DNA of 64,000 bases, taken from NCBI GenBank assembly GCA_965235115.1, contig OZ249436.1, positions 17,362,001 through 17,426,000 on the forward strand, written 5' to 3'. The stretch comes from Laetmonice hystrix (taxonomy: Eukaryota). Under the pieces are notes generated by a model. That model had not been told where the DNA came from, ran no database searches, and saw only the letters and a program-made list of their open reading frames with translations. How positions within the stretch are numbered: position 1 is the stretch's first letter; every line of letters starts with the position of its first letter. This document shows, one piece after another, positions 24,442 through 38,855 of the stretch. The translations under genes and the position numbers were made by a program.

Positions 24442-25146
24442 ACGACGAGAACAAATCTCTTCTAAGTGCGATGAGACACAGAGACACGGTGTTAGAGCAC
24501 ATGATGCTGTGCGACTTACAGCGAATTGTGACATAGGAACGTTTGACCTAAGGAAACAATTTGTGTGTGTACACTCACTGGCCAAAAGTATTGCAAAGTT
24601 CTGTCATAATAGCACTTCACAGTAACAGGTCAGACGGGGTTTCATTTCGATTTTATCGATCGTGTATTACATAATACGTGTTCATGATCTCCGTACAATG
24701 TATATATAAAGGGAAAGGATGACCAGATTAGACTGCAAATGTTGCTCCTGCCATGCCGAAGGTACGGGAACTTATGCTCATGGAACTTATGGAACTTGTA
24801 CTCATTTCTCGGAGAGAGGAAGCTGTTACGGACATAGCCAGACGTCGTTTAGGCCTACTTTCAAAACATTTTAATTATTGTCAAGAAAATGGAATAAAGT
24901 ATTGTAAAACTGTTCTTTAAACTGGATTCTGATGTGCATTTAAATGGTGCAATACTTACGGCCAGTGAGTGTATGTATGCGGCTTGGGAAGGCGACATGT
25001 TGTATGTAGGTTCATATTGATGGAAATACCACCCATTTCTCGCTGTGTCAGTAGGGCCATTATTCCAGCCATAACCAGAGATGAGAGATATGTTTCCAAT
25101 ATTTGGACAACGACTGAAACCTTTTGAAGTTAGTCCTTCTTGTCAT

Positions 25147-25615
25147 CCACCCACCGGTCCAAATACATTCACAAACAGCTGACTGGGCCTCGGTGCAAGG
25201 GCAGGGCCACCCACCGGTCCAAATACATTCACAAACAGCTGACTGGGCCTCGGTACAAGGGCAGGGCCACCTACCGGTACATACATTCACAAACAGCTGA
25301 CTGGGCCTCAGTGCAAGGGCAGGGCCACCCACCGGTACATACATTCACAAACAGCTGACTGGGCCTCAGTGCAAGGGCAGGGCCACCCACCGGTACATAC
25401 ATTCACAAACAGCTGACTGGGCCTCAGTGCAAGGGCAGGGCCACCCACCGGTACATACATTCACAAACAGCTGACTGGGCCTCGGTGCAAGGGCAGGGCC
25501 ACCCACCGGTACAGACATTCACAAACAGCTGACTGGGCCTCGGTGTAAAGGCAGGGCCACCCACCGGTACATACATTCACAAACAGCTGACTGGGCCTCG
25601 GTGTAAAGGCAGAGC
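25147..25615. repeat. 58-60-bp minisatellite
   Basis: CCACCCACCGGTACATACATTCACAAACAGCTGACTGGGCCTC... about 8 copies. Confidence 0.95.
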
Positions 25616-26977
25616 CAGGTGGTGACGAGGGTAATTAAAGGATGACCAGGGCCTGGTGCAATCAAAGTATGACTCAGGGATGACAGGACAAGGACTGTAT
25701 CAGTTTTAAAGACTTGTGATGAGCCAACAGGATCCGCCCCTCTTGCCCATGGTGACCGCTGACCTTTGACCCGTTGCGCCATCAGTGCGGTGTGAGTCGA
25801 CCAGGTGCGGAGGTTCGTCACACTACCAGCTGTTGTTCGGCTCACACCTTGGGGCGTTAGACCGTGGTCAGGAGGAATGTTAGTCAACATGGCGTGGATA
25901 CAACAACATTGGTTTCCTTTAACCGCCACCACTGGCTCTAAATGATCTCTATAGGGAGATGAAAGATCCCCGTGCGTAGTCCAGTGTTTATAATACATGT
26001 ATTTCATTTTTCCGACTTGAAAATAAAGGGAGGATGGGAAAACTAAATGGATTGTATTTTCCCTAATGATGAGAGAGTGTTTCGGGAAGCCTCCAGGTCT
26101 TTCTTTACGTGTGCCCTGTGGTAGTAAACGGTGGTGAAACTTTGAAAACATTTTGATGGTTATTGATAAGGTATAGTCCAACGTTAACCCGGTTGAACTG
26201 ATATCAAACATGTTTCCAGTTTGTCAGTTATGCACTTTAAAAAGGATAAAAAGTAAAGTCGCCTTTTGACATAAAGAACACGATGCAGCTGGGTTAGAAG
26301 AAGTAGGTCTTTTTTCCCTTTTACTTCATCAAAGTGAATTCAGTAAAAACGGTTTTGTGTCCCGCTGTTGCTTGTTTAGACCTCAGTGGCTCGGGTCTGT
26401 GCTGGGCGCATGCTATAGCTAGGCTTGTCATCACCGGGGTCCATGAATTTGATGTGTCTCCGATTGAGATCAATTAGAACCAAGTTAGTAACTCTGACGG
26501 TAAGAATATTGTTTGTGTCAAGGATTTTTATCGAGAAGCATCTAATGAGGAAAGATGAAATTATTCCCTTAGAGGCGGTCTTAGAATTATTGAGAATAAA
26601 CACTTCAGTTGTCTCTTGAAAATATAGAGAGACGTACAATGTATGACCTCGTGATATGAACCTATATAATTACCATCCGTTATTAATTAACTACAGGCGG
26701 AGTTCGAGAACCACAATTAAAGTGGAATGCCAGACTCGCCCCTGACTGCTCAACTTAGGACCGGCCCGGCCCCAGCCCCGGCTCCAGCCCCTGGCCTCTG
26801 GCCCCCGGCCCCCCGCCCCCCGCCCGCGGCCCCCGACCCCAGCCCCGGATGGCCTCTGGCCCCCAGCCCTCCCCCCGCCCCCGCCCCCGCCCCCCCGGCA
26901 TAAGAGGCCTGTGGTACATATTCCTAAATGATTTCATTCCTATACCAAATTAGAGGTAGGAGTTAGGTTTTGGGACA

Positions 26978-27235
26978 GGTTAGGTTCTGGGGCAGGGCTA
27001 GGGGATAGGTTCTGGGGCAGGGCTAGGGGTTAGGTTCTGGGGCAGGGCTAGGGGCTAGGTTCTGGGGCAGGACTAGGGGTTAGGTTCTGGGGCAGGGCTA
27101 GGGGTTAGGTTCTGGGGCAGGGCTAGGGGTTAGGTTCTGGGGCAGGGCTAGGGGTTAGGTTCTGGGGCAGGGCTAGGGGTTAGGTTCTGGGGCAGGGCTA
27201 GGGGTTATATATATGTTCTGGGGCAGGGCTAGTTT
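26978..27235. repeat. 25-bp G-rich minisatellite
   Basis: (GGGCTAGGGGTTAGGTTCTGGGGCA)n. Confidence 0.95.
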
Positions 27236-29679
27236 TTAGGTCTCGCACACATCGTGCAGACGTTATAATCGGAAATCTCCTCCCCCAAAATCTAATGGAA
27301 AGGAAATACATCGTAAAATATTGTTGGGACTCAACTACCCAATGCGTTTATTTCCTACGGATTATTGATTGAACTCCAGGCCTAGTATTACCATAAGCAG
27401 TTACTCCACACGTCAGTGGACACAGAATTAACCAAATATTACGGCTGTGCGGCACTGTGCTGTGTTGTTCTGGACGCTTTCATTCATAGCACCAGTGATA
27501 GCGAATAACTGTACACTTCGTGTGAAATTTAAATTTTGTTTTAACATTTATGGCTGCATTATTACGCGGCCGTTTTGTAGTGTGACATGCTGAGAGCTTG
27601 ACACAGATAGGCATAGGTTCTCAGTGTGGCCACGTTGGCGCTGGCTCGGTCATTTCCCCTGGAAACGATGCTATACGAATTCAGGGTCGGGGCTCCGTTT
27701 TTATTTGTGACTACTGTAATAATCCGTATTACATCATCTGTGTAATACATGAATGGAACCTGGAGATGAGACGGTGATATTGGAGTGTCATAGATCAAAG
27801 CGTGGCGGGGTGGACCTGTACCTGAACAGGTGAGGAGACTTGTCAGTATGTCAATCATCTCACCTGTAGGTGACAGGTTACAGACGCAGTCAAACCATAA
27901 CTGGACAGCCTGCAGGTAACAATCTTCTCTACAGGTTGTTCTCACGGTCCGGTTGTCGACACCTGTCAACACTGGCCTCAGTTAACGACGCTCTCTCAGC
28001 CATCGTTAATTATCATACCGTTAATTTACTCCTCTCGTTAACGATGTCATTAGTCATTGACCTACCATTGACTGTTGTGCAAGTTAACGATATCAGTAGT
28101 CGCGATTGGCCCCAATTGATCGCTTTGAAAGTTAACGATATTGTTAATTGTTAACGATGAACGGAGCAAGGTTTATACAATCGGTTGAGAGGAACACACT
28201 AGAAGGTCCATGAATAACGTTCCTGCTGTATGAAAAGAACTGTTATATTGATTTTCAGTATAACTTCAGACGGATTATAAACACCTCCTACCAATATATA
28301 TCACGAACCGGGGAACAGCCATGCCATCTCGTAGAGTGGACGGGATGTTTTGATGGTGAAAAAATACTTGGCTTTGAAACATCAGTGTGATTTATAAGAA
28401 ACAGTACAGCACTCCTTTAATTTTGTTCTTTGAACAGTGTTGTTTGAATCATATACGTCACATCTCTTATTTTTATTTTCCTTTTATTCTTTTGTTTCTC
28501 TTGATTTAATGCATAGCTACGATTTAGTCTTGTGATGTCTTCTAATCAAGCAGAAAATGGAGAACTCGCAGTCAGCCTTTGCAGAGAATGATGGAATGAT
28601 CAGTTGAGCTGACAAGTATAGTTGCAGTGAGGCTTGCACGTAGCTCGTGTATTCGTGGAAACACTTGGCACAAGTCAGCGAGTGGCCAAATAGTCCGCGA
28701 TGAGTTATTTGCTAATTTATAAACTGCTAATATATAAACATAATATTCGAGTACAGCACAGCGGGAGTGATTTGATATATTCTGACGCGTGTAGGCGTGA
28801 GCCGCCGGAGATGGCGAGTATCACAGGAAATAGTTCGCTCATATTCCACTCGTTGTTTGATTCTGACTGTACCCGGATGTCAAGATGGACGGCTGTCGTA
28901 TTGCTGCGTCTTATCTCTCCATAACGGGACGGTGCCAGCGTCTCTGAGCTGGGGGGGGGGGGGCGTTACGGAGTCAGCCGGTCACCATGGAGACCGACTG
29001 CCGTCTCCAGGCAACCACCTCCCCGCCGTCGAGTCTGGACAAAAACCTCAGACGGAACTATAGATATAGTGTCGGCAAACAAAGTGCCCGCGTATAGAAT
29101 TTTAATAATTCCCGAGGATCCTGAAAACTTGAAGATTGATGGACAAACAGGCAAACAGTCAATTCTAGTTTACCGCTGCCTATATTTACTGTGAAGCAAC
29201 GTGATGTCATCTATATATATATTATAGGGGACAGCGGGAGGTATTGAACTGAGGTATTGAACTATACCCACGGGCGTATAAGGTAAAGCGGTGTGGATAT
29301 TGGGCCTCCTATAAATCAACGTATGTGCAACAGTAGGGGGTGTGTGGAATGACCATTTGAATCACAATAGATAGGTATATATATACATGACATGTATTGA
29401 TTAAAGCTTTACCTAGGGCCATGGAAGGATCCGTCCGGAGTTGGAGTTACCGGGTATATACTTATTGATGCCATTGTAATGGACTGGCCTTCGCTTGACC
29501 CAGTTCATATCCAGCACCGCCAGAATGAACGATAATCAACTATTATTTATTTACATGGGAATTGCATTTCCCCAAACAATCTTGGGAACGAAATCCCTTT
29601 GACAGAAGTACCATGAATACTGCGTTATAATCTGTGAGGGAGGCTTGGTTTGGGCAGTACTGCTTGTATACTGATGTAT

Positions 29680-29945
29680 CTATCCGCTGTCAACTGGGAA
29701 CGGTACTGGGGGCTGTAATTCTGTGTCCATCCGCTGCCAACTGGGGACGCTACTGGGGATGTAGTTCTGTAGGCCTATTCATACGCTGCCTACTGGGGAC
29801 GGCACTTAGATCTAAGCTGTAGTTATGTGTCCATCCGCTGCCAACTGGGGACGGTACTGGGGATGTAGTTCTGTATCCATCCGCTGTCAACTGAGGACGG
29901 TACTGGGGATGTAGTTCTGCGTCCATCCGCTGCCAACTGGGGACC
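29680..29945. repeat. Diverged minisatellite, about 46 bp
   Basis: TCCATCCGCTGCCAACTGGGGACGGTACTGGGGATGTAGTTCTG repeated. Confidence 0.85.
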
Positions 29946-30689
29946 ATACAGGGGTACGCTGGTCAAGGAGATCGAGATGTTACTGCCAATAGTCAGAGAA
30001 TGAAAAACTTCGCCAATAGAGTCTATCGGCCAATGAACCTGGATGAGAGTTAAAAAAACATAATCATGAAAATATTATGACGTCATGGAACGTGATGACG
30101 TCATAAACTGAGGATGTCATTTCATAACTAACCTCATCGTCGTAAGTTTTCTCCCATGCACAATATTTACTTTTAGCTCAGATTTGGTTAGCTTATGTAG
30201 CTCAAGCGCTGTAATTTGCCTGGGGTTTTGGATTTTACAGCCATGATCTGAACCAATATTGTTCACAGGACGGTGTGATGTTCACTGTGACACTGACAGG
30301 ATCCAGTGACACACACGTACACACGTACCTGAAAGGTTTATACTATTGTCCACAGTTACAATTCAATCGACAGAAAAATCAATTTTCAGGAGGAGGTCAT
30401 ACCAGACGAGCTCCCAGAGGACCCGCTCAGCCCCCTGGGGAGAAGGATGTGGGGTAGGGGGAGCGGGGAGCGGGGGGCGGAAATGGATTCATTCTGGCAG
30501 CAACGGTCGATGGCGGTTCGAATCGTGGATCCGACCCATGCAGCCACACTGACAGTGTTTCAGAGTATGTCGGTCCACAGGGACTATGTCCCCGTCAGTC
30601 TCCCCGGAAGGGGTAGTTTTCAGATTGATTTCCAGCCCCCCATCCTCCCCAATAATTCATTGCATATTTCTCTGGTTGAACTAACTTTG

Positions 30690-31222
30690 CGGTTGGACTG
30701 ACCGGGAGGTTGGCCTGACTGTGAGGTTGGACTGACTGTGAGGTTGGACTGACCGTGAGGTTGGGCAGATTGAGGTTGGACTGACTGAAACGTTGGACTG
30801 ACTGTGAGGTTGGACTGACCGGGAGGTTGGACTGACCGTGAGGTTGGACTGACCGGAGGTTGGACTGACCGTGAGGTTGGACTGACCGTGAGGTTGGACT
30901 GACCGTAAGGTTGGACAGACCGTGAGGTTGGACTGACCGTGAGGTTGGACACGACTGTGAGGTTGGACTGACTAAGAGGTTGGACTGACCGTGAGGTTGG
31001 ACTGACCGTGAGGTTGGACTGACCGTGAGGTTGGACACGACTGTGAGGTTGGACTGACCGTGAGGTTGGACTGACCGTGAGGTTGGACAGACCGTGAGGT
31101 TGGACTGACCGTGAGGTTGGGCTGACCGTGAGGTTGGACTGACTAAGAGGTTGGACTGACCGTGAGGTTAGACTGACTGGGAGGTTGGATTGACTGAGAC
31201 GTTGGACTAACTGTGAGGTTGG
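30690..31222. repeat. 17-bp minisatellite
   Basis: (GAGGTTGGACTGACCGT)n. Confidence 0.95.
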
Positions 31223-31225
31223 CAG

Positions 31226-32660
31226 CAGTCCTGTTCGAGCAGTTTTAATGCAGTCACCAGTCCTGTTCAAGCAGTCCTGTTCGAGCAGTTTTAATGAAGT
31301 CACCAGTCCTGTTCAAGTAGTCCTGTTCGAGCAGTTTTAATGAAGTGCCAGTCCTGTTCAAGCAGTTTTAATGCAGTCACCAGTCCTGTTCAAGCAGTCC
31401 TGTTCGAGCAGTTTTAATGAAGTCACCAGTCCTGTTCAAGCAGTCCTGTTCGAGCAGTTTTAATGAAGTCACCAGTCCTGTTCAAGTAGTCCTGTTTGAG
31501 CAGTTTTAATGAAGTGCCAGTCCTGTTCAAGCAGTTTTAATGCAGTCACCAGTCCTGTTCAAGCAGTCCTGTTCGAGCAGTTTTAATGAAGTCACCAGTC
31601 CTGTTCAAGCAGTCCTGTTCGAGCAGTTTTAATGAAGTCACCAGTCCTGTTCAAGTAGTCCTGTTCGAGCAGTTTTAATGAAGTCACCAGTCCTGTTCAA
31701 GCAGTCCTGTTCGAGCAGTTTTAATGAAGTCACCAGTCCTGTTCAAGTAGTCCTGTTCAAGCAGTTTTAATGAAGTCACCAGTCCTGTTCAAGTAGTCCT
31801 GTTCAAGCAGTTTTAATGAAGTCACCAGTCCTGTTCAAGTAGTCCTGTTCGAGCAGTTTTAATGAAGTCACCAGTCCTGTTCAAGTAGTCCTGTTCAAGC
31901 AGTTTTAATGAAGTCACCAGTCCTGTTCAAGCAGTCCTGTTCGAGCAGTTTTAATGAAGTCACCAGTCCTGTTCAAGCAGTCCTGTTCGAGCAGTTTTAA
32001 TGAAGTCACCAGTCCTGTTCAAGTAGTCCTGTTCGAGCAGTTTTAATGAAGTCACCAGTCCTGTTCAAGCAGTCCTGTTCGAGCAGTTTTAATGAAGTCA
32101 CCAGTCCTGTTCAAGTAGTCCTGTTCAAGCAGTTTTAATGAAGTCACCAGTCCTGTTCAAGTAGTCCTGTTCAAGCAGTTTTAATGATGTCACCAGTCCT
32201 GTTCAAGTAGTCCTGTTCGAGCAGTTTTAATGAAGTCACCAGTCCTGTTCAAGTAGTCCTGTTCAAGCAGTTTTAATGAAGTCACCAGTCCTGTTCAAGC
32301 AGTCCTGTTCGAGCAGTTTTAATGAAGTCACCAGTCCTGTTCAAGTAGTCCTGTTCGAGCAGTTTTAATGCAGTCACCAGTCCTGTTCAAGTAGTCCTGT
32401 TCGAGCAGTTTTAATGAAGTCACCAGTCCTGTTCAAGTAGTCCTGTTCGAGCAGTTTTAATGAAGTCACCAGTCCTGTTCAAGCAGTCCTGTTCGAGCAG
32501 TTTTAATGCAGTCACCAGTCCTGTTCAAGCAGTCCTGTTCGAGCAGTTTTAATGCAGTCACCAGTCCAGTCCTGTTCAAGCAGTCCTGTTCGAGCAGTCC
32601 TGTTCGAGCAGTTTTAATGTAGTCACCAGTCCAGTCCTGTTCAAGCAGTCCTGTTCGAGC
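31226..32660. repeat. 46-bp minisatellite with 14-bp sub-repeats
   Basis: (CAGTCCTGTTCAAGCAGTCCTGTTCGAGCAGTTTTAATGAAGTCAC)n. Confidence 0.97.
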
Positions 32661-33221
32661 AGACCTCTCTCTGTGTGCTAATTTCCCACTGATTGTTACA
32701 TTGGTAAAGTTAGAGTTGATCTCATCGTGTTACCTGTGTGTGAGATGATATCGCATGTCTCAGTGACAGGGATGGCTGGGGATGTAGTTATCCCATTGTT
32801 AGGATCGGGAAAGGTTTGGCATGTGTCAGGCACGGGAGCCAGGTAAAACATCGTCTGTAGGGGTAGGAATCGGGTACAACGTTAAAGGCTGTCAATGTGC
32901 CCCTTGATCTCTAAACAGACATTGAGAAGTGGACCGCCCAACGTGAGGACAACCAGGGTCATGGCTGCGTGACCCTGGGACTGGTCAAGGTCACCGCAAT
33001 CAGGACTTCATAATGACTTTATTCCTGACCATCAATTGGTCCACTCCGCCCTTCGACAGGCTAGCCAAGGTCACACCCCTTTTACCCTGATATCAGGGTA
33101 ACAATATAACGTGTTTCCAGCCCTACCAACCCCTGGAGAGGACAGCTTGAGCTGGTCCTCAACATTTATTTGACATCTGGTTCAGTCTTTACCACATTTT
33201 CCCTATGTCTGTGTATTTCAG

Positions 33222-33375
33222 AGTTAATGGCGTCATGGCGTGCAGTGAGAGTGACGCCAGCTCAACCACCTCCAGTACCAGTGATGGCGTCTCCACGTGT
33301 AGCGGAGGAGGTGACGCTAAGGGACCCGGTACAGAGAATGTTGGACTCATGGACCTCTTCGGCGTCCAGCTCGAG
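33222..33375 (+). CDS. Internal exon, Ser/Thr-rich (VNGVMACSESDASSTTSS...LMDLFGVQLE)
   Basis: Pyrimidine tract plus TTTCAG acceptor and GAG|GTGAGC donor. 154 nt, phase 2 to 0, compatible with the exon at 60282. Confidence 0.65.
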
Positions 33376-34212
33376 GTGAGCCTGTCTAAAGTCACTGCAG
33401 GAAAAAATAGCATTGGTTGTTCATCTTTAGTAAAGTTAACGTTGGTTTGGCTATTTATATTTAGCATTGGTTTCAATGTTCAATATGAGGAAAGTTAGCA
33501 TTGGTTTAAGAGTTCAATCTCAGGAAAGTTAGCGTTAGTTTGGGTGTTCAACTTTAGGAAGTTACTGAAAGTGAAATTACAGAAAGTCTTCAAAGTCGAG
33601 ATTCAGATAAAGTTATAAATCTGAGATTAAATCATAGCTAACTCGGATCGAGATCAGGAAAGGTTCATTCTCTCAAATTGTGTTACTCTGTCGACTGTTC
33701 CTGATTTCTCCAATTAGAGGGGGGGGGGGGTCGAATTGCTGCTGTTTTTAAAAGATTTTGTTTGCCGACCCTCTGTGTCCAAGTAATAGGCCACAACTAA
33801 GGTGGAGATCAGCCAGGATCTGCTGGGTATGAGACTATTCGTCATAATGCTGCCGTAGGGAGACATGACAAATGGAATTCCTTCTGTCAGATCTTCAGCC
33901 AGGGGTAAAGTTCATTCCATCCGTCTAGCCCCCACCGTCCGGTGGTTGATAGATAACACAGTCACTGTCAGACTGGGAGTTCTCAGACAGTGAACAGGGT
34001 AGGCATCCCTCCCCTTCCACATTGAATAGATCTATAGATATATCAGCTCCAGACAGGGTCGATAAACCGTCCACTGCATCAGTAAAGGTTCGGTGTGGTA
34101 GGGAAGAAATGTACAGTGGATAAAGTCAGTACGTGGCCGCATGATTCTGTATGAACGTTGTGAGAAGCTCATTTCTAATCCCTGTTATTGTAAGACAGTC
34201 TCACTAAAGTCA

Positions 34213-34443
34213 GGCTCAGTCCCTGGCCCAGTCCCTGGCCCAGTCCCTGGCCCAGTCCCTGGCCCAGTCCCTGGCCCAGTCCCTGGCCCAGTCCCTGGCC
34301 CAGTCCCTGGCTCAGTCCCTGGCTCAGTCCCTGGCCCAGTCCCTGGCCCAGTCCCTGGCCCAGTCCCTGGCCCAGTCCCTGGCCCAGTCCCTGGCCCAGT
34401 CCCTGGTCCAGTCCCTGGCCCAGTCCCTGGCCCAGTCCCTGGC
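34213..34443. repeat. 12-bp minisatellite
   Basis: (CAGTCCCTGGCC)n. Confidence 0.97.
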
Positions 34444-34967
34444 CGACCGACCTGCAGACCGTCTCACCTGTGGGGGTCATCTCTAATAGTTAAATTATAC
34501 ATCATTATAAATTATACATCAGTGTTGGCTTTCAATCTTGGATTGAAATCACGGCTGGTGATTTCTGGATGGTCTGACTGCAGATTACCGCAGATCGATC
34601 CTAGGATAACCAAATCCCATCCTTGACACACTGAGATCTCTCCCGGAAAATGTCACTGTGGGGGTTCGTTAGCGATAATCATTGATGAAACCACGAGCAG
34701 TGTTTTCTGATCTAACCTCAGCTGAGTTCGGAGGAGAACTGGATAAATTTCAAAGTTTAGAATAGAACAGGGATTTCAAAATGAAATGCCGACACATGCA
34801 TGCCCCGCTGGGGCCAGCGGAGGCAGGCGTTGCATGTTGCATGATAACCTTGTCATGCTTGTTGCCATGGTTATTAATTATTAGGTCACCAAGGCGGCAC
34901 GTGTTCACGGAGAGCATGTAACACATGTAAACATAACATGTTCTGTCAGACAGAAAATGGAAGGGTA

Positions 34968-36300
34968 ATCAAGTCAGACCTTTACTGGGAGTGGAGCCTA
35001 ATCAAGCCAGGCCTCTAGTGGGAGTGGAGCCTAATCAAGCCAGGCCTCTAGTGGGAGTGGAGCATAATCAAGCCAGGCCTCTAGTGGGAGTGGAGCCTAA
35101 TCAAGTCGGGCATTCAGCTCTTTAGTGGGAGTGGATCGTAATCTCACAAAGTCAGGCTTTTAAGGGCAGTGTAATCTAATCTAATCAAATCAGTTCTTTA
35201 GTGGGAGTGGATCCTAATCAAGTCAGACCTTTACTAGTGGGAGTGGATCCTGATCAAGTCAGACCTTTACTAGTGGGAGTGGATCCTGATCAAGTCATGC
35301 CTTTAGTGGGAGTGGAGCCTAGTACAGTCAGACCTTTACTAGTGGGAGTCGATCCTGATCAAGTCATGCCTTTAGTGGGAGTGGAGCCTAGTACAGTCAG
35401 ACCTACTAGTGGGAGTTGATCCTGACCAAGTCATACCTTTAGTGGGAGTGGAGCCTAGTACAGTCAGACCTTTACTAGTGGGAGTGGAGCCTAGTCAAGT
35501 CAGACCTTTACTAGTGGGAGTGGATCCCGATCAAGTTATACCTTTAGTGGGAGTGGAGCCTAGTCAAGTCAAACCTTTACTAGTGGGAGTGGGGCCGAGT
35601 CAAGTCAGCCCTTTACTAGTGGGAGTGGAGGCTAATCAAGTCAACATTTACTAGTGGGAGTGGAGCCTGGTTAAGTCAGACATTTAGGCCTACTATTGGG
35701 AGTGGAGCCTAGTTATGTCAGACATTTAGGCCTACTAGTGGGAGTGGAGCCTAGTTATGTCAGACATTTACTAGTGGGAGTGGAGCCTAGTTATGTCAGA
35801 CATTTACTAGTGGGAGTGGAGCCTAGTTATGTCAGACATTTACTAGTGGGAGTGGAGCCTAGTTATGTCAGACATTTACTAGTGGGAGTGGAGCCTAGTA
35901 AAGTCAGACCTTTACTAGTGGGAGTGGAGCCTAGTTAAGTCAGACCTTTACTAGTGGGAGTGGAGCCTAGTTATGTCAGACCTTTACTAGTGGGAGTGGA
36001 GCCTAGTTATGTCAGACATTTACTAGTGGGAGTGGAGCCTAGTTATGTCAGACATTTACTAGTGGGAGTGGAGCCTAGTAAAGTCAGACCTTTACTAGTG
36101 GGAGTGGAGCCTAGTCAAGTCAGACCTTTACTAGTGGGAGTGGAGCCTAGTTATGTCAGACATTTACTAGTGGGAGTGGAGCCTAGTAAAGTCAGACCTT
36201 TACTAGTGGGAGTGGAGGCTAGTCAAGTCAGACCTTTACTAGTGGGAGTGGAGCCTAGTCAAGTCATACCTTTACTAGTGGGAGTGGAGCCTAGTCAGAC
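34968..36300. repeat. 33-36-bp minisatellite
   Basis: (CTAGTGGGAGTGGAGCCTAGTTATGTCAGACATTTA)n. Confidence 0.95.
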
Positions 36301-36951
36301 CCTCGTCAAGGGTGAAGGTACGCCCGGGTATGGGACCTGAAGTCGTGAGAAACGTCTAGTCTTTGTTATTGTAAGACAATCTGGGAGACAAGAATTGTAT
36401 CCACATTACTCAATACCCTCCGCATTCAGCATGTCAGTCAGCTGTCACCCCTATTGTAATACGTATTAACTTTCATGTTCTTTATTTTTTGTATAAATGT
36501 CTAAAACTTATGAAAGGGACAAAAACAGGGAAACTTAAAATGAAATGCAAGAAGGAGTTTTGAAAAGCGTTGATGGGTTGGGCTGCGTACCCCGAGGGTA
36601 GGTGGTGGAGGGGTAGGGTTACACGGCAGGGTACGAGACAATCCAGGATGTACAACACAATGATCACCTACTGAGGACCGGCCTGGCAAGGTCAGGCGGA
36701 GGTCATAACGTCATGTCCGGGAATTCAGAGTGATGACGTCACTGACAAGCACCAGCCGTCACCAGCCGTGACGGTGGGAGTGGGTGACGATAGGGGTGGG
36801 CGTGGGGATTCCCCGACCCTACCCTCCCAGCCAGGTGGATACACCCTCCCGTGAGACGCCCCCCCCCCCCGTCAGCCAGTCTACCTGTACGGTTACCATG
36901 GCACCGTGTTAGAACCTACCGTCACTGCGACACACCTGTCTTGGAGACCAG

Positions 36952-37088
36952 GGGCTCATTTCACTAAGACTGTACGAGTTCGTATATGGCCTTATAGCTC
37001 GTAAAGAAGCAAAAAGTCGTACATTTTGCTATTATGATCTATAGAAAATACGAGCTCGTAAAATACGAGTGTTTAGTGAAACTGGCCC
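36952..37088. mobile_element. 137-bp MITE with CAG TSD (NuwaI/Harbinger-like)
   Basis: TIR GGGCTCATTTCACTAA / GGGCCAGTTTCACTAA, CAG on both sides. Confidence 0.75.
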
Positions 37089-37619
37089 CAGGGTCACCAT
37101 ATACCGTGGCACACAGCCTAGAAATCTCTTATCGATTAATATTTGTTGAGGGTTAAAGTAAGGAAAGGGTGGTTTAATCATTCGGTCAGTGAGCCTTTGG
37201 GGGGCACCCCTGGAGGACACCCTGGAGGACTTCCACCACCCCCACCCAAGGTCCAGAGGTCTCGGTCGGGATGGGGGTGTGGGTGTGAGTGGTACACCCC
37301 TGGAGGACACCCCTGTGGGACACCCCTGGAGGACTTCCACCACCCCCACCCACCCCACCCAAGGTCCAGAGGTCTCGGTCGGGATGGGGGTGTGGGTGTG
37401 TGGTACACCCCTGGAGGACACCCCTAGAGGACACCCCCCCCCCCCCCAGTTCAGAGTTTGAGACGCTGGCCTGACCATTTATCTCCGTGTGTCGGGAGAT
37501 ATCATGTCTGGTGGAGAGAAAACCGTCCAATTCCCGAGGTGTAAATAAACAAGGCAGTTGCCTGCGAGCGGCGACGACTGTTAGTGTTCAACTTCTCATG
37601 GTAACACTGCTACGAAATC

Positions 37620-37850
37620 AGGGGTTATGGATAGGGACAGGGGTAGGGACAGGGACAGGGACATGGTTAGGGGCAGGGATAGGGGGAGGGATAGGGTTAG
37701 GGGCAGGGATAGGGTTAGGGGCAGTCATAGGGTTAGGGTTAGGGGCAGTCATAGGGTGAGGGTTAGGGGCAGTCATAGGGTGAGGGATAGGGTTAGGGTT
37801 AGGGATAGGGTTAGGTCTGGGGACCGGGTGGAGGGGTTAGGGTTAGGTTT
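37620..37850. repeat. Degenerate TTAGGG/ACAGGG-rich low-complexity tract
   Basis: Mixed GGGTTA, GGGATA and GGGACA hexamers. Confidence 0.8.
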
Positions 37851-38499
37851 GGAGCTGGGGATAATTAAAGATATTTAGTTTTTACACCACACAATTGGTG
37901 GGAATGTTAGCATGGGGAGCCACTGGTCAATCCCTGACCGTGCTGACCGATAGTGACCTGGACTCATTGTCACATATTTCAACCATATACAGAGTGTATA
38001 TTACCATGATTCATCAACAAACTCTGCTCTGGGATCTATGTGACTGCTGTGTGAGAGTGTGCTTCCTTAGTCTCCGCCACACGACTGCCTGAGGTACCAA
38101 GGTACCGGGGTACCAGTACCATGTATCCTCGGTACGTGGAGCCCTGGGCCAGACCCATCAGTATCATCTCCCCGCCCAGCTTTCTCCAGGTGAGTGGAAC
38201 GCCCGCGTCTCTCTGATCCCGGCCAGGTAGGTAGACGCCGACCCCAGCGTCTCTCTGACCCCGGCCAGGCTGACGCTGACTCCAGCGTCTCTCTGATCCC
38301 AGCCAGGTAGAAGACGCCGACTCCAGCGTCTCTCTGACCCTGGATAGATTGACCTTTACTTTCGTACCTTACGTAGGAAGGTTTGTTCATTACTTGCTCT
38401 AGGTTTTTTTTTTTCTCCGGGTACTTTTGATTTCCAATTCTATACCTGAGTCAAACTTACCGCCATGGTATGCTGGCTCTGGCTGTTGTTGAGACATGC

Positions 38500-38855
38500 A
38501 CTCTGAAACTCAAACCCGGACCCACGTGGTGCGAGTTGTAATGACACGTGAACTCTCAAACCCAAACCCGGACCCACGTGGTGCGAGTTGTAATGACACG
38601 TGAACTCTCAAACCCAAATCCGGACCCAGCCGGTGCGAGTTGTAATGACACGTGAACTCTCAAACCCAAACCCGGACCCACGTGGTGCGAGTTGTAATGA
38701 CACGTGAACTCTCAAACCCAAACCCGGACCCACGTGGTGCGAGTTGTAATGACATGTGAACTCTCAAACCCAAACCCGGACCCACGTGGTGCGAGTCAGT
38801 TGACACGTGAACTGTAAAACCCAAACCCGGACCCAGGCGGTGCGAGTTGTAATGA
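38500..38855. repeat. 52-bp minisatellite
   Basis: AACTCTCAAACCCAAACCCGGACCCACGTGGTGCGAGTTGTAATGACACGTG, about 7 copies. Confidence 0.95.

Noticed and set aside
25519..26211. 230-aa minus-strand ORF
   Set aside because: No recognisable motif, and it runs into a minisatellite; probably chance.
29560..29600. U1 snRNA-like stretch (GCATTTCCCCAAA...TGGGAAC)
   Set aside because: Only a short resemblance; no ATACTTACCTG 5' end or Sm site at the right spacing.
30500..30545. tRNA B-box-like GGTTCGAATC (similar at 57440)
   Set aside because: No A box or cloverleaf could be built.
38340..38490. SINE core-like fragment (TTTTCTCCGGGTACT)
   Set aside because: Too short and degenerate, with no tRNA-derived head; cannot be supported without a library search.
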